Part shown: positions 38,395-50,841 of the stretch, in pieces
How positions within the stretch are numbered: position 1 is the first letter of the stretch
Layout: each line of letters opens with the position of its first letter
Source: Leucoraja erinacea
Taxonomy: Eukaryota
Assembly (NCBI RefSeq): GCF_028641065.1
Contig: NC_073390.1
Coordinates: forward strand, 27,900,264 to 27,964,000
Direction: 5' to 3'
DNA length: 63,737 bases
Notes under the pieces: model-generated
Told to the model about the DNA's origin: nothing
Database searches by the model: none
The model's input: the letters and a program-made list of their open reading frames with translations, nothing else
Program-made: the position numbers and the translations under genes

Positions 38395-38561
38395 CATTTC
38401 ATATGTCTCCATTGCTAGCTGCACTTTGTCATCACTATATTCTCTGCATTTATTGTAGGCTAGCTGAATCTTCTTCAGATGGTCCACTCGTTGATCCGAG
38501 GACAGGCTCTTGACGTTTGAAATATATTCAGTTGCCAATTTGTCGATCTCTACCTTTTTAT
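38395..38561 (-). CDS. ING5: ING5 exon 3 (167 bp)
   Basis: tgcag|AT AAA AAG...GAA ATG|gtggg. Encodes [56 protein letters not shown]. Confidence 0.95.
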
Positions 38562-40236
38562 CTGCAAACAGTAAGCATCATAATTAGACAGATTCAAGAA
38601 AGTAAACATTGGCCTCTTGTATACCATTTTTACCCACTCCTCTGTACACCTGCATTTCCCTATCCTCTAATTGGCAAGTTCTCGCACATTACATATTTGC
38701 CCTTCAGTTTAATGATGTAATAAAATTCTTCATAATCATTAATTTCCCTCTTCACCAAAAGTTGATGCCCTGCCAATAAGAGCCCTAGCTCACAACTGAG
38801 CTCAAATTAATATCAACTCCTTAACTTCCGATGGACACTGCAGAATGAAAATCATGAACAGAAACTGTGAATTAATCCCAACCCCGTCTAAATTTAAGAG
38901 TGCTAAATCCACAGTCATGTTTTAAACTGGTTCAAAATGTAACAGAATGTTTTAACTCAAAGGAGTGTTGGTGGACTACTTAACTTTGAAATACAAGAAA
39001 TGGTAACTGAAAGGGAATAAAGTACAGAAAAAGAAAACCATCCAATAGGTTTCCCCTTTTAAGGAAACCTATATATTCTCACCTTCCTCAAGCCATTTAA
39101 TGATTTTTAGTCACATGCTTCCTTTTTATACTTCTACCAATATATATATATATGTCAAGATAATGTTTTCATTGATAAATTAGACAATGACCAGCCAAGG
39201 TTTTTCCAAAATTATTGTCACTTGCAATATGATAACTCCTAATTTGTTACTACAATGGTTGAGATGAGCATTCTCTCTACATGCTGGTAAAACATTACTT
39301 TTAATTATCACTCAATCAGTCTTGCTCTCAATATGTACAAGTTTCCAAAGTACATATCAAAGGATTAATTTCCTATTTAATCAGCTCAAACCACAAATTA
39401 ACCTTCAGCACTGCCCTATCACCTCATTCTCTCCCTTGTGCTTTGGTCACAGAAGCACTGAATAATAATTTCATTGGTATAGATTGAAGGGATCAAATAT
39501 AAAAATCATTGTATCTGACTATACATGATTATCTCTCATTCTAGCATAATCTAGCTCATCACTGGCCTGTAAGAAATATTAAGAGGGAGTGGAAAAAACA
39601 AGATGGCCAAAGACATAAGATTTTAGGATAACCTCAATAGAAGATACATTTAATGTAGAATTGTAGAATATGGGTCTGTTTGGTGTTAAGTGTTGCACAG
39701 AAAGGCTTAGCACAGAAAGCACAGAAACATGGAAATATTTTTCAAGAATTAATTAAAGAGCAAGACTCAATCTCTGTTTGATTTGTTACATATGAATCTC
39801 TTGGTAGAACGTCCTTTAATAGAACAGAACTTCAGATTTCTGAACCTGAGGTCATCAGCAATAATACAAACCTGAGAACCACCGGCCTAATAAGTCATAA
39901 CCCTAAACTTCCTTACAATCTTGAAAAATAAAAGCCATTTAACACTTCTAAAAACCCACTGTCAAATGTAGGAGCATGATCATGTTTTCCAAGATTGAGG
40001 GAAGATAAAAATTGAATTGATGGCAAAAAAAATAATTACCAAGGCCAATTTATGAATTGCATTTTAAGAGGGACAATATTTCTCTGTGTAAATAAAACAC
40101 ATAACTAATATCCATTATTGCCAGATTTACGTTGGTGTTAAAAAGGACTACATCCCACTTTTGCATAACTACTGAGCTGCACAAGTCAAACTCATGAAAT
40201 TAGATGAATACATTTCCAAAAAACTACATGGATATA

Positions 40237-41892
40237 CAATGCCCTCCTTAATGTTTGGGACAAAGACCCTTCATTTATTTATTTGCTTCTGTACTCCACA
40301 ATTTGAGATTTGTAACAGAAAAAAAAATCACATGTCGTTAAAGTGCACTTTGTCAGATTTTAATAAAGGCTATTTTTATACATTTTGATTTCACCATGTA
40401 GAAATTACAGCAGTGTTTATACATAATCCCCCCCATTTCAGGGCACCATAATGTTTGGGACACAGGAATGTCATGTAAATGAGAGTAGGCATATTTAATA
40501 TTTTGTTGCATATCCTTTGCATGCAATGACTGCTATGAGTCTGCAATTCATGGACATCAACAGTTGCTGGGTGTCTTCTCTTGTGATGCTCAGCCAGGCC
40601 TGTATTGCAGCCATCTTTAGCTTATGCTTGTTTTGGGGGCTAGTCTCCTTCATTTTTCTCTTCAGCATAAAAAAGTCATGCTCAATTGGGTTCAGATCAG
40701 GTGATTGACTTGGCCAACTCAAGAATTATCCATGCTTTAGCTTTAAAAAACTCCTTTGTTGCTTTAGCAGAATGTTTGAGATCATTGTCTTGCTGTAGAA
40801 TGAACCATCAGCCAATGTGTTTTGAGGCATTTGTTTGAACTTGAGCAGATAGAATGTGTCTATACACTTCAGAACTCATAATGCTACTATCATCAGCAGT
40901 TGTATCATCAATGAAGATAAGTGAGCCAGTACCTTCAGCAGCCATACATTCCCAGGCCAGAACACCCCCACCACCTTGTTTCACAAATGAGGTGGTATGC
41001 TTTGGATCTTGGGCAGTTTCTTCTCTCCTCCATACTTTGCTCTTGCCATCACTCTGATATAAGTTTATCTTTGTCTCATCTGTCCATAAGACCTTTTTCC
41101 AGAACTGTGGTTGCTCTTTTAAGTACTTCTTGGCAAAATGTAACCTGACCATCTTATTTTTGGCGGCGACCTAGTGTTTTGCATCTTGCAGTGTAGCCTC
41201 TGTATTTCTGTTCATTAAAATTTCTGCAGACAGTGGTCATTGACAAATCCACACCTGACTTCTGAAGAGTGTTTCTGATCTGTTGGACAGGTGTTTGGGG
41301 ATTTTTCTTTATTATAGAGAATTTTTCTGTCATCAGCTGTGGAAGTCTTCCTTGGCCTGCCAGTCCCTTTGTGATTAGTAAGTTCACCAGTGCTCTCTTT
41401 CTTCTTAATGATGTTCCAAACAGTTGATTTTGGTAAGCCTAAGGTTTGGCTGATGTCTCGCTTAACAGTTTTATTCTTGATTCTCAGTCATAATGGCTTC
41501 TTTGACTTTCATTGGCACAACTTTGGTCCTCATGTTGATAAACAGCAGTAAAAGTTTTCAAATGTGATGGAAAGATTGCAGAAAAGACTAGGTGCTGAGA
41601 GCTCTCTTATACCTGCATTAAGGAGGCAATTAAACACACCTGAGCAATTGCAAACACCCGTGAAGCCATGTGTCCCAAACATTATGGTGCCCTGAAATGG
41701 AATGACTATATATAAACACAGCTGTAATTTCTACATGGTGAAACCAAAATATATAAAAATGGCCTTTATTAAAATCTGACAATGTGCACTTTAACCACAA
41801 TTGATTTTTTTCTATTAGAAATCTCAAATTGTGGAGCACAGAGGCAAATAAATAAATGATGGGTCTTTTCCCAAACATTATGAAGGGCACTG
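40237..41892 (-). mobile_element. Tc1-family (IR/DR type) DNA transposon with a defective transposase
   Basis: About 230-bp TIRs beginning CA(A/G)TGCCCT(C/T)C.TAATGTTTGGGA, with an inner direct repeat and TA flanks. Frameshifted transposase about 41533-40495 (WKKVLWTDETKIN; WPSQSPDLNPIEH). Confidence 0.9.
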
Positions 41893-41978
41893 TATTAGAA
41901 TAACAAAGCAAACATATAAAGTCTGCAGGACCATCAGTAGAAAGAAGTGTTGATTTGTCAGTGGCTCTAATACAAGTA

Positions 41979-42980
41979 CCGTATTTCCCAGCAATGAAGA
42001 TGATATTTTTTACCCAAAAATACGGCACGAATATTTACCTGCGTCTTGGAGGCCAAAGGTTTGGTTGTTAGCCAAAAAAGATAGACTTGGCTATCCCTCA
42101 GTACAGCAACATCAAGAACAATGTTGCTGTACTGAGGTATAGCCAAGTCTATCCCTCATTGTTGGCAGCTGATGGGAAGCGGCTATAAAAAGACAGCGCC
42201 GCTAAGGGGGGGGGTGGGTAGAGTTCCTTTCACAACCTGTGGGGAGTCTGGCCCAGGTCAGCTCGGCCAGAGCTGCACAAATTGGCTGGGCCACCAGGGG
42301 TAAAGTTGCGGAGAGGGCAGGAGCGTTGAGAAGGAGGGGGTCGAGATCACGCCAGCAACTCACCCACTCGCTGCTGCGCTCTGGGCGCATAGTCACCGCA
42401 TTGTGGCCGGAGATGGAAATAGCTCGGGAGGCTGCGAGCAGCCGCCGGGACCGCACAGCGGAACCGGCCACCACTGCAGCGCCTTCTGCCGGCCCGCCCG
42501 CCAGTCAGCCATGGTGTCCTTCGGCACAGGCGCAACTGGTGGAGTGGTGGTTGGCAGGTAATGGGCGGAAGGCCGGCTGCTCTGTCTCGGGCTCGTTCTC
42601 TCTCCCTCTCTCTCTCCCTCTACTAGTCCCGGGGCAGGCGACCTGGGCGCTACAGCCAGCCCCGGGGCAGGCGACTTGAGAACTGCAGCTAGTCCCATGC
42701 CTTGCAGGCGGCCTGGGAACTGCAGCTAGTCCCGGGGACGCGAGGGATCTGGGAACTGCAGCCAGTCCCGGGGACGCGTGGGATCTGGGAACTGCAGCCA
42801 GTCCTGGGGACGCGTGGGATCTGGGAACTGCAGCCAGTCCCGGGGCACGCCAGCGATGTTGCCGATCCCGGGACTAAAACAAACCCTTGATCCTGTCCGC
42901 CATCCCTTTTTCGAAATTTAGCAACTTAAATTGGGGGTGTGTCTTCGATGCAGGTGTGTCTTCATTGCCGGGAAATACGG
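41979..42980. mobile_element. Non-autonomous Tc2/pogo-like element
   Basis: TIRs CCGTATTTCCC(A/G)GCAATGAAGA with TA flanks. Interior has a 72-nt hairpin and a 36-bp minisatellite. Confidence 0.75.
42678..42845. repeat. 36-bp minisatellite (about 4 copies)
   Basis: Unit gggaactgcagccagtcccggggacgcgtgggatct. Confidence 0.8.
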
Positions 42981-44083
42981 TACTTTGCTTACGAAGTAAG
43001 ATATATTTAACATTATTGACATAATACATGTTATTCATGGTTTTAATAAAACGATATCTATGTCAAAGTCTCAATTTCATGCTTGTTTTTAAACATAGCT
43101 GATAGCCCAATGCGTCTGAGGCTCATGGGCTACAGTTGCAAAGAAGCATCTGCATCTGAAATATCTATTAATATTTGCCAGCATGCACAGAGCATGCAAG
43201 ACAATGTTTTTGGCAGAATATCAGTCAACCATCTATTCTGGTATATAAATGGAAAGGTACTAAAATTGCAGAGCCACAGCAGTTTTAGGAAAATGAAAAT
43301 AGCCAGGAGATCAAAGGAAGAATAAATCACACTCTAATATATGGTTAGATTTGCGGTAAGATTTAGGGGGCAGAGGATTTGTAACAGCTACACAGGCAGT
43401 TGCAAAAAGCGCATCGCAAATGGCTGTAAATAGTCAAGCATTTGTTGCTGCACCTTAAAGCACCTTAAAGCACAGGGTACAAGAACAAGGAGATAAGCTG
43501 AACTTGTATATGCTGTAGTTATTCCGGTTAGTCATCTATTTAATTAAAATTCATGATTTTATTTTATATTGTTTCCAATACTGAAAGGAGGATATCAAGT
43601 AAATTTGTGAAAATCACATTAGCAAATCTATGAATGTTTTATAGAAACAGTTTGTGTAATTGTTTGGAAAACCAAAGGTTATATTAAAAAGTAAGGGTAG
43701 CAAACAGCAAAATTGGAATTGCACTCATTGGCATATCAGGAGAACATCAGCACAGATTCAATTATAAATGCATGATTCTACTATAATGCCAATTGATCAC
43801 ATTATTTATTCTAATAGGTTGAAAAAGTTCATAGGACAATATAAATTGAAAAATATATTGGATAATTATTTCCTGAACTGCCCAGTATCCCTTAGAATGT
43901 TAAGTTGCGTTAGTTGGAAATCAACTTGAGGGACAAAATTAGAAGCTTAAAAATACAGTTTTACAGCTTTATGCTAAAATCTGCACGCTTACAGGGAACT
44001 GGTGCATTGCACAATAGAGGACAACAAAACCCAAGCTCTAAGCCCCAGTGTTTCTACATATTTCTTAGTTATGCTGCAAGCAC

Positions 44084-44155
44084 CTTCAGTTCTCTGATCC
44101 AAGTCCCGCATCAGATGGAAGATCCGCTGAAGTTCACAAGGAAGATTTTCAATAC
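44084..44155 (-). CDS. ING5: ING5 exon 2 (72 bp)
   Basis: gacag|GT ATT GAA AAT CTT CCT TGT...GAA G|gtgct. Encodes SIENLPCELQRIFHLMRDLDQRTE. Confidence 0.94.
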
Positions 44156-46639
44156 CTGTCAGAACACAGAAGCAAGTTTTTATTTTTACTGTAAGAACTT
44201 TATCAAATGAAACTCATCAGTTCACTGTACCAAGTTTTTCATAGCTTGAATTTGTCATTCTACATCTGTTTGTACAGGTTGAACACCGATATTCCTGCAA
44301 AGGATTGTCTGCCCACCCCTATAATCCAGACAAAATTACGAGAGCTCAGTAGAAATTCCCTGAGTGGGAGAGCTCAGTAGAAATTCCCTGAGTGGCCACA
44401 GGTGGCATTGCGAGTGGTGAAGTCTCTTTCCGGATGTGGCCCTCCATTGTGAAAGATTCAACTATACTCTCAATCTTCTCTCCTAACTGTTTTGCAAAGC
44501 CAATGTAGTAAACCCTCATTTTAACAATCCCCTTATAACAGATGTTATAAGATATAGCGGACAGACCCGCCAACCCATCTCTGGCTCGTACCATCTCCCC
44601 AGGTGTTTAGTCCCCCGTGTCCCAACCCCACTCTCGACTCGCAAGGTGCTCCCGCAAGTCCTTCTTCACCCACTGAAAGGACGCAAAGTGCTGGAGTAAT
44701 TCAACAGGTCAGGACCTCTGGAGAACACAGATTGGTGACATCAGGACCATTCCTCAGACTGATTCAGTCAGCTAAGTTACACCAGCATTTTCTGATGTTT
44801 CACTTTAAAACTAGGCGCTGATGCTGCTGGGCTACAAGCTAACCCTTCTTCTCTGGTTCTCATGGCTGTTTTTGCAGCTCACATTGTAGCCCCTGGCGAC
44901 TGCGCTTTCCTCAGTGTGCCCCCACTGACAGAATGCGCTCAGTCACCGTGGGGCCCCTTCACCTCTCACCTGCAGTCACTTCCAAGGGGCGGCAAGCCGA
45001 AGAAAGTGCTATCACCAGGGGCTAACAACGTGAGCCGTAACAACGTGAGCCGTTAACCCGTGAAGAGCTTGCTGTTGCAGACCAGCGGCATCGGCGCATA
45101 GCTTTAAAGTGAAAATACACAAAGTACTGGGGTAACTCAGATGATTGAATCAGTCTGAAGAAGGATCCCAATGTCACTATTTATGTTCCCCAGACCCACT
45201 GAATTACTCCAGCATCTTTGTGTCAGTCAAAATCAATGAGGCTTTTTCGTTACAATATAAAATTTATTTGGATATGCAGTAACACGGCACGGTGGCACAG
45301 CGGGTATAGTTGCAGTGTCAGAGACCCAGGTCCGGTCCTGACTGCGGGTGCTGTCTGTACGGAGTTTATACGCATTTGAACTGGTTGGTTTTCTTATGCC
45401 TGCCTGGCTAACTCTCTCCTCCACACATTTTCTGGCAATCTTCAGTGAACACAAAAGCAGATGCCTTCTTTATCTTTCTCCAGACGACCATGGAATCTTC
45501 CTGCACAAATGTTGTCCAAACATGATTAATGTTGCAAATCAACCTGATATAATCACAGATGTAATGTCTTCATCCCATATCTTGTGTCTGCACTTGAGGA
45601 CCCCTTTATTAATCCTAACAGAACTTCTGCAGATCCTTGCATGTGCTTATAACAACATTCACTACTACATATATTATGTTTTAGATCCGTCTGTAAAGTT
45701 CGAAATCTCATAGATTTGCAAATAATTTGCTGTAGGATTGTTTAACTCGTGGGGAAAGCACAAAGATTCTGTCTAGACAAAGGTTTGTTCTCTCCCCTGT
45801 TTATCCAGTATGCATTTTACTAGATCCTTCTATTATAATTGCCTGTTTAAATTACTGTGGACCTTTGATCACTCTACCGCAACAAAAAGCATCCACTTTC
45901 ACTGTTAAAAGCAAGCCAAGTTACTTCATAAAAACTTGATGAACAAGATGGTAGGCGAATGGAATGGTGTAAATATGGCATTGGATGAGCTGGTGCCAAC
46001 AGAGGATGGCCAACCGGAATCAGAACATTGGAAGGGTAGACCAAAATACTGCAGATGCTGTAAATCTACGTTCAAAACAAAAAATGCTAGAAATACTCAG
46101 GCAGCTACTGTGGAGAGAGAAAACTGACACCAATCAACAACCAATCATCAGAATTATTTTCACTGGGAGAATTTATGAAATGGATTCTGGAGATAAGACA
46201 GACATAGAGGAGGGTTTCAGTAGTTGATTATTTCAAGTAAAGAAAGAGGTGAATTATGTTATAGACATGGGCATACATCTCAATGTAACTTTCCTATAAT
46301 TTTGCCCTTGAGCTCCCACTCACAAATGTGCAAACTTTTTCCAATATCTTTGTTGCATGGTTTATTGTAGATCACTGCTTCTTTCTCCCACACTGCTGTG
46401 CATTACTATCCACCTGCACTGGTGCAGATCAATACAATATCCTCTCAAGTGTTATAAATCCGTGTTCATTAGGTCTGTCCCGCTGCCTGCAATTCTGAAG
46501 ATCACAACCTGTTACTCGGTCGTATTAACTTTTGCCTGCCTTGCGATCACTATCTAATGCTTCCCAGAGCAAAACACTACCTGGGCCACATGGATTTCCA
46601 GATAATTGCTTGTACTCAGACAACAGTTGAAGAGTTAAT

Positions 46640-47115
46640 ACATGCACCTCCTCCAACCTCATCTACTCATTCAGCTGTTCCAAGTATCGACTCCTGTATA
46701 TCGGCGAGACCAAGCGCTGGCTCAGCGATTGTTTTGCTGACCCACTCCGCTCAGTCCGCCTAAACCTAGCTGATCTACCAGTTGCTCAGGACTTTAACTG
46801 CCCCTCCCATTCCAAATCTGACCTTTCTATCCTGGGCCTCCTCCATTGACAGAGTGAGGCCCAGCACAAATTGAAGGAACAGCACCTCATATTTCGCTTG
46901 GGTAGCTTACAACCCAGCGGTATGAACATTGACTTCTCTAACTTCAAGTGGCCCTTGCTTTCCCTCTACTCCATCGCCTCCTCCTTCCCAGTTCTCCCAC
47001 CAGTCGTAGTGTCTCCGACTACATTTTTTTCTCTGTACCGCCCACTCCCCTGGCATCAGTCTGAAGAAGTCCATTCCTTCTCTCCAGAGATGCTGCCTGT
47101 CCCACTGAGTTCTCC
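46640..47115 (+). mobile_element. Penelope-like element fragment (GIY-YIG)
   Basis: Degenerate TSSNLIY...LLYIGETKR...KLKEQHLIFRLGSLQPSGMNIDFSNF. Confidence 0.7.
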
Positions 47116-48479
47116 ATTATTAACATACAACCCAATGGCATGAACATTGAATTCTCTAATTCCAGGTAGCAACCCCAACCCCTTTTTCCATCTAGACAGA
47201 AAGATCAGCATGGGAATGAGATGAGGAATTAAAATGGTTAGCAACAGTGAGGCCCAGCAAGCCGAGACGGAATGAGCACGTGTTCAGTGAAATAGTTGCC
47301 TTGGTCTTGCTGATGTAAAGGAGGCCACATTGGGAGCACCGAATGCTGTGAATCTGTCTCATCCGGAAGGGCTACTGGGGTATCTGGATGGATATGAGGG
47401 AGCAGGTAAAGGGACAGGTGTTACATCTCTTACAGTTGCAAGAGAAAGTACTTGGGAGGTTTGGGTTGGAAGGGAAAGGTGAAGCAAGAAAATGCGGAGT
47501 GTCTCTACAGGAAGTAGGAAAGGGTGGGGATTGAAAGATGTGACTAGTAATGGAATCATATTGAATTGTATGCCATAATGGAAACGAAAAATGTGTTAAC
47601 TCAAAAAAGTGATGAATCTTTGAAGTTGTCTATCCAACACATTCCCGGCTTAATCACTCATTACATTGAGAATAGATTGGTAGATTTCTGGTACTTTGAG
47701 GGACGCATAGATAAATGGTGGTGTTGGATCAGCATTGATCAAATTGAAAGGCTAGAGGGGGCAAATGGTCTGTTTGTTAAGCAGATCACTTGCATCTGAT
47801 TTTCATTGTTGACCACCAGTCAGTAACTCCTGCCCAAAATGAACCAGATCACTTACCCATGCACTGATAATTTTTAGCAACCTGTCCAGATTGTTACTGA
47901 TTAAAGTCCAGTAACACCTTGCCTATTGCAGATTATTGCCTAGTATTTTCCTGCTTGCACAGCTACCAATAAAAAAAAAAGATTTACAGGACAGGGTATC
48001 GTCAAGCCAAGATGAGTAATTGATGTAGGGACAGAATGTTTAGATGGTGAATTAGATACCAGTCTGAAAATGGCAGATTGTTTTTGTCTTGGATCGTGCG
48101 GGGCTGAAAGCACTCTGTTAACCTCCAGGTTGTACCTTATAGATGTTGGAAAGGTTTTAGGTGTAATCGCCGAGTACCCAGCCTTTAGCCTTCTCTTGTA
48201 ACCACGCCATCTACGTGGCTACTCTAGGCACGTTTCTAGTCACTGATGATCCTATAACAGCAACTGCGGAACGTCAACGCGTATAGTTTAAGAATCAACT
48301 GCTGGGGCTTAATTGCCTCCTGTGCATCCTGAACGTCATGCACGAGTTATCAGCCCAAACTTGAAGAGTGTCAGGACTCTTACATGCAGGCACTGGCTGC
48401 TTCATTATTTCTTCTTACCCCTCCCCCCGGGCCTTGAGCTGCCTGCCTGTTGCAGACTCGTTTGTTTATACTTTTAGCC

Positions 48480-48990
48480 TCCAGGGTGCGGAAGGAGAAG
48501 CCTCCACGCATGCGCAATGTTGGCCGCGGATGGCCGGAAACTCTCAAACCATCTATAAACTGAAGGAAAACTCCCTGGTGCGGCACGAAAAGCATTGTTT
48601 ATGTTGTCAATGATAATCGAGAAGCTTGGCCCTACGTGATTGTGCTCGGCACGATCACTCAGACGTGGGCCTCCAGTTATCACCTCCCCCCACCCCCTCG
48701 GGCTCGAGTAACGCCGACTGCAAACGGAAGCACGCCTGGGCCCATTACCCGGGGAATAAAGCGAACCGTTCGCTTTAACAGGTGCAGCGGCTGTCTGTGG
48801 TCCAGCGCCAGGTCAGCAGCCCGAGGTACTCACTGTCCAGGTAATGTTCCAGGTACATCGCTGTCGCCATCTTGTCATCCTCTCAGCCCTCCCGGCGTGC
48901 GCAGCACCGAGCATGCGCGTCGGCCGCCAACAGGCGGTGCGTTGTGATGGCAACCGCGCAAAATTACAGGACGGGCCCAGCAAGTGAGGG
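48480..48990 (-). promoter_or_regulatory. ING5: ING5 CpG-island promoter / first-exon region
   Basis: CpG-rich. NRF1-like CGCATGCGCA (48507-48516) and GCATGCGCG (48911-48919). YY1-like AAGATGGCG overlaps the ATG. Confidence 0.6.
48834..48870 (-). CDS. ING5: ING5 exon 1, coding part (37 bp)
   Basis: aag ATG GCG ACA GCG ATG TAC CTG GAA CAT TAC CTG GAC A|gtgag, giving MATAMYLEHYLD, as in the human ING5 N-terminus. Confidence 0.96.
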
Positions 48991-49678
48991 GGGAAATAAA
49001 TACCAAGCGCTGTAGTAACTCAGCGGGCCAGTCAGCATCCCTGGAGAACTGGTAGGTGATGGTATCCCACGCCATGGGGGGGCCACATGAGTGGCACGGG
49101 TGGGGGACAGACTTGAGAAATGTATAGACTGTATTGAACAAGGTGTAGGGCCTCCGAAAATGTCGGATGAATTTTTTCGCACGGTTCACGTATTGTATTT
49201 TTTTTTTTTTAATTTGAATAAAGTCTATTTTGAAATTTAAAAAAATGTTTCGGATCGGGACTCTTCTTCAGAATCGGGAGCCAAGCGATGAGTTCGATTA
49301 AACTGAAGAAGGATTTCGGCCAGAAACGTTGCCTATTTTCCTTCGCTCCATAGATGCTGCCGCACCCGCTGAGTTTCTCCAGCACTTTTGTCTACCTTCG
49401 ATTTTCCAGCATCTGCAGTTCCTTCTTAAACAGTTCGATTAAACTGTCGCGTAGCATGGCGGAGAGGAAAGAATGACCATCCAGCCACCACTCTCCTTAA
49501 TCATCCTCGCCTCGGCCCCCCCCCCCCCCTTTACTTGTTTAATTAACTTAATTTCAAATTAAATGTTAAGTTTTGGTTTGAGAGCAGTTGGAACGGCCTT
49601 CAAAATAATTGAGTTGAGAGTTATGAGTCCCTTGGGATTGTGGAACATTATCCTCCTTCATTGCACCTCAGTGGAGAT

Positions 49679-49716
49679 CAAAGATTATAGAGGAGCGCTC
49701 CGCTATATGATCTTTG
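49679..49716. mobile_element. 38-bp near-palindromic micro-insertion with 8-bp TSD
   Basis: CAAAGATTATAGAGGAGC-GCTCCGCTATATGATCTTTG flanked by GTGGAGAT on both sides. Confidence 0.75.
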
Positions 49717-50406
49717 GTGGAGATGGCTGGCCAAGCTCGCAGCCTCTGGAACTCGCAGCCCTTTATTGTGTGAAATTTAATAAGGGAGACTGAGTTCCTT
49801 TGCGTGTAAATCGTTCGCTGCCTCCAATAGTAGCAAAAGATTTGGCACAGGCATTAAATACTGCTGATGCTGAAAATATGCACAAAAACCAGAGCATTTT
49901 AAACAGCTTGTATTTGTATACTCTAGTGCATTTTTACAATACTGGAGAGATTTCAGCACAGTGTAGCGGCACCTGCTGGTGCTCGCAAGTATCGAACCCT
50001 GCGGTCGGAATCCGCGCGCACGTGACTCTGGGAGGTGTCGTGTTTTCGCGCGGTTTTCAGCAAAGATTATAGAGGAGCTAGACGCATGCAATCGCATGTT
50101 GGTGGGACAGACCCTTAACTTTCCTCTCACACACAGGCACACACATTCATATAAATATATATATATGTTAAATTTAATTTTGTGCACAGTGTGTGTTAAA
50201 GCAATAGAAGGGAAACTTGCACTATACAATGCAAGGGAAACTACGCAAAGGTGGCGGCTGGGGAGGAAAGATGGGAGGGAAATGGGGGAACAGGGGAAAA
50301 ACATTGACAATAAAATTAACTAAAATATGTGATGTGATGGATGCGCTAAATCAAACACTGTTCCCTACAACACCGATGACACCAGACGATAGAGCGTAGT
50401 GCACAG

Positions 50407-50432
50407 CAAAGATTATAGAGGAGCGATCTTTG
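50407..50432. mobile_element. 26-bp micro-insertion with 8-bp TSD
   Basis: CAAAGATTATAGAGGAGCGATCTTTG flanked by GTGCACAG on both sides. Confidence 0.75.
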
Positions 50433-50841
50433 GTGCACAGCGGGAGGCATAAACAAATGTTTAAGAGGGAACTGCAGATGCTGGAGAATCGAAGGTTACA
50501 CAAAAAAAAGCTGGAGAATCGAAGGGTTACACAAAAAAAAGCTGGAGAATCGAAGGTTACACAAAAAAAAGCTGGAGAAACTCAGCGGGTGCAGCAGCAT
50601 CTATGGAGCGAAGGAAATAGGCAACGTTTCCGGCCGAAACCCTTCTTCAGACTGAATCTGATCCCCTCCATAGCGTACTACACGTCAGTCCATTGCATTT
50701 AGCAGGAGTAGCCTATCTTGCTCTGCTATAGGATCTTTGCTACACGTCAGCCCATTGCATTTAGCAGGAGTAGCCTATCTTGCTCTGCTATAGGATCTTT
50801 GCTTCAGTCGTTGTGAGACCACCGTTGTGGTTCGTTGTGTT

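Noticed and set aside
50470-50585. 30-bp repeats (gctggagaatcgaaggttacacaaaaaaaa x3) and the 36-bp repeats at 42.7 kb as CRISPR-like arrays
   Set aside because: Head-to-tail duplications without unique spacers, inside eukaryotic TEs.
50061-50801. Single full-length parent of the micro-insertions
   Set aside because: The flanks (gttttcag versus ctacacgt or cttcagtc) do not form an 8-bp TSD, so the lone left and right ends cannot be paired confidently.
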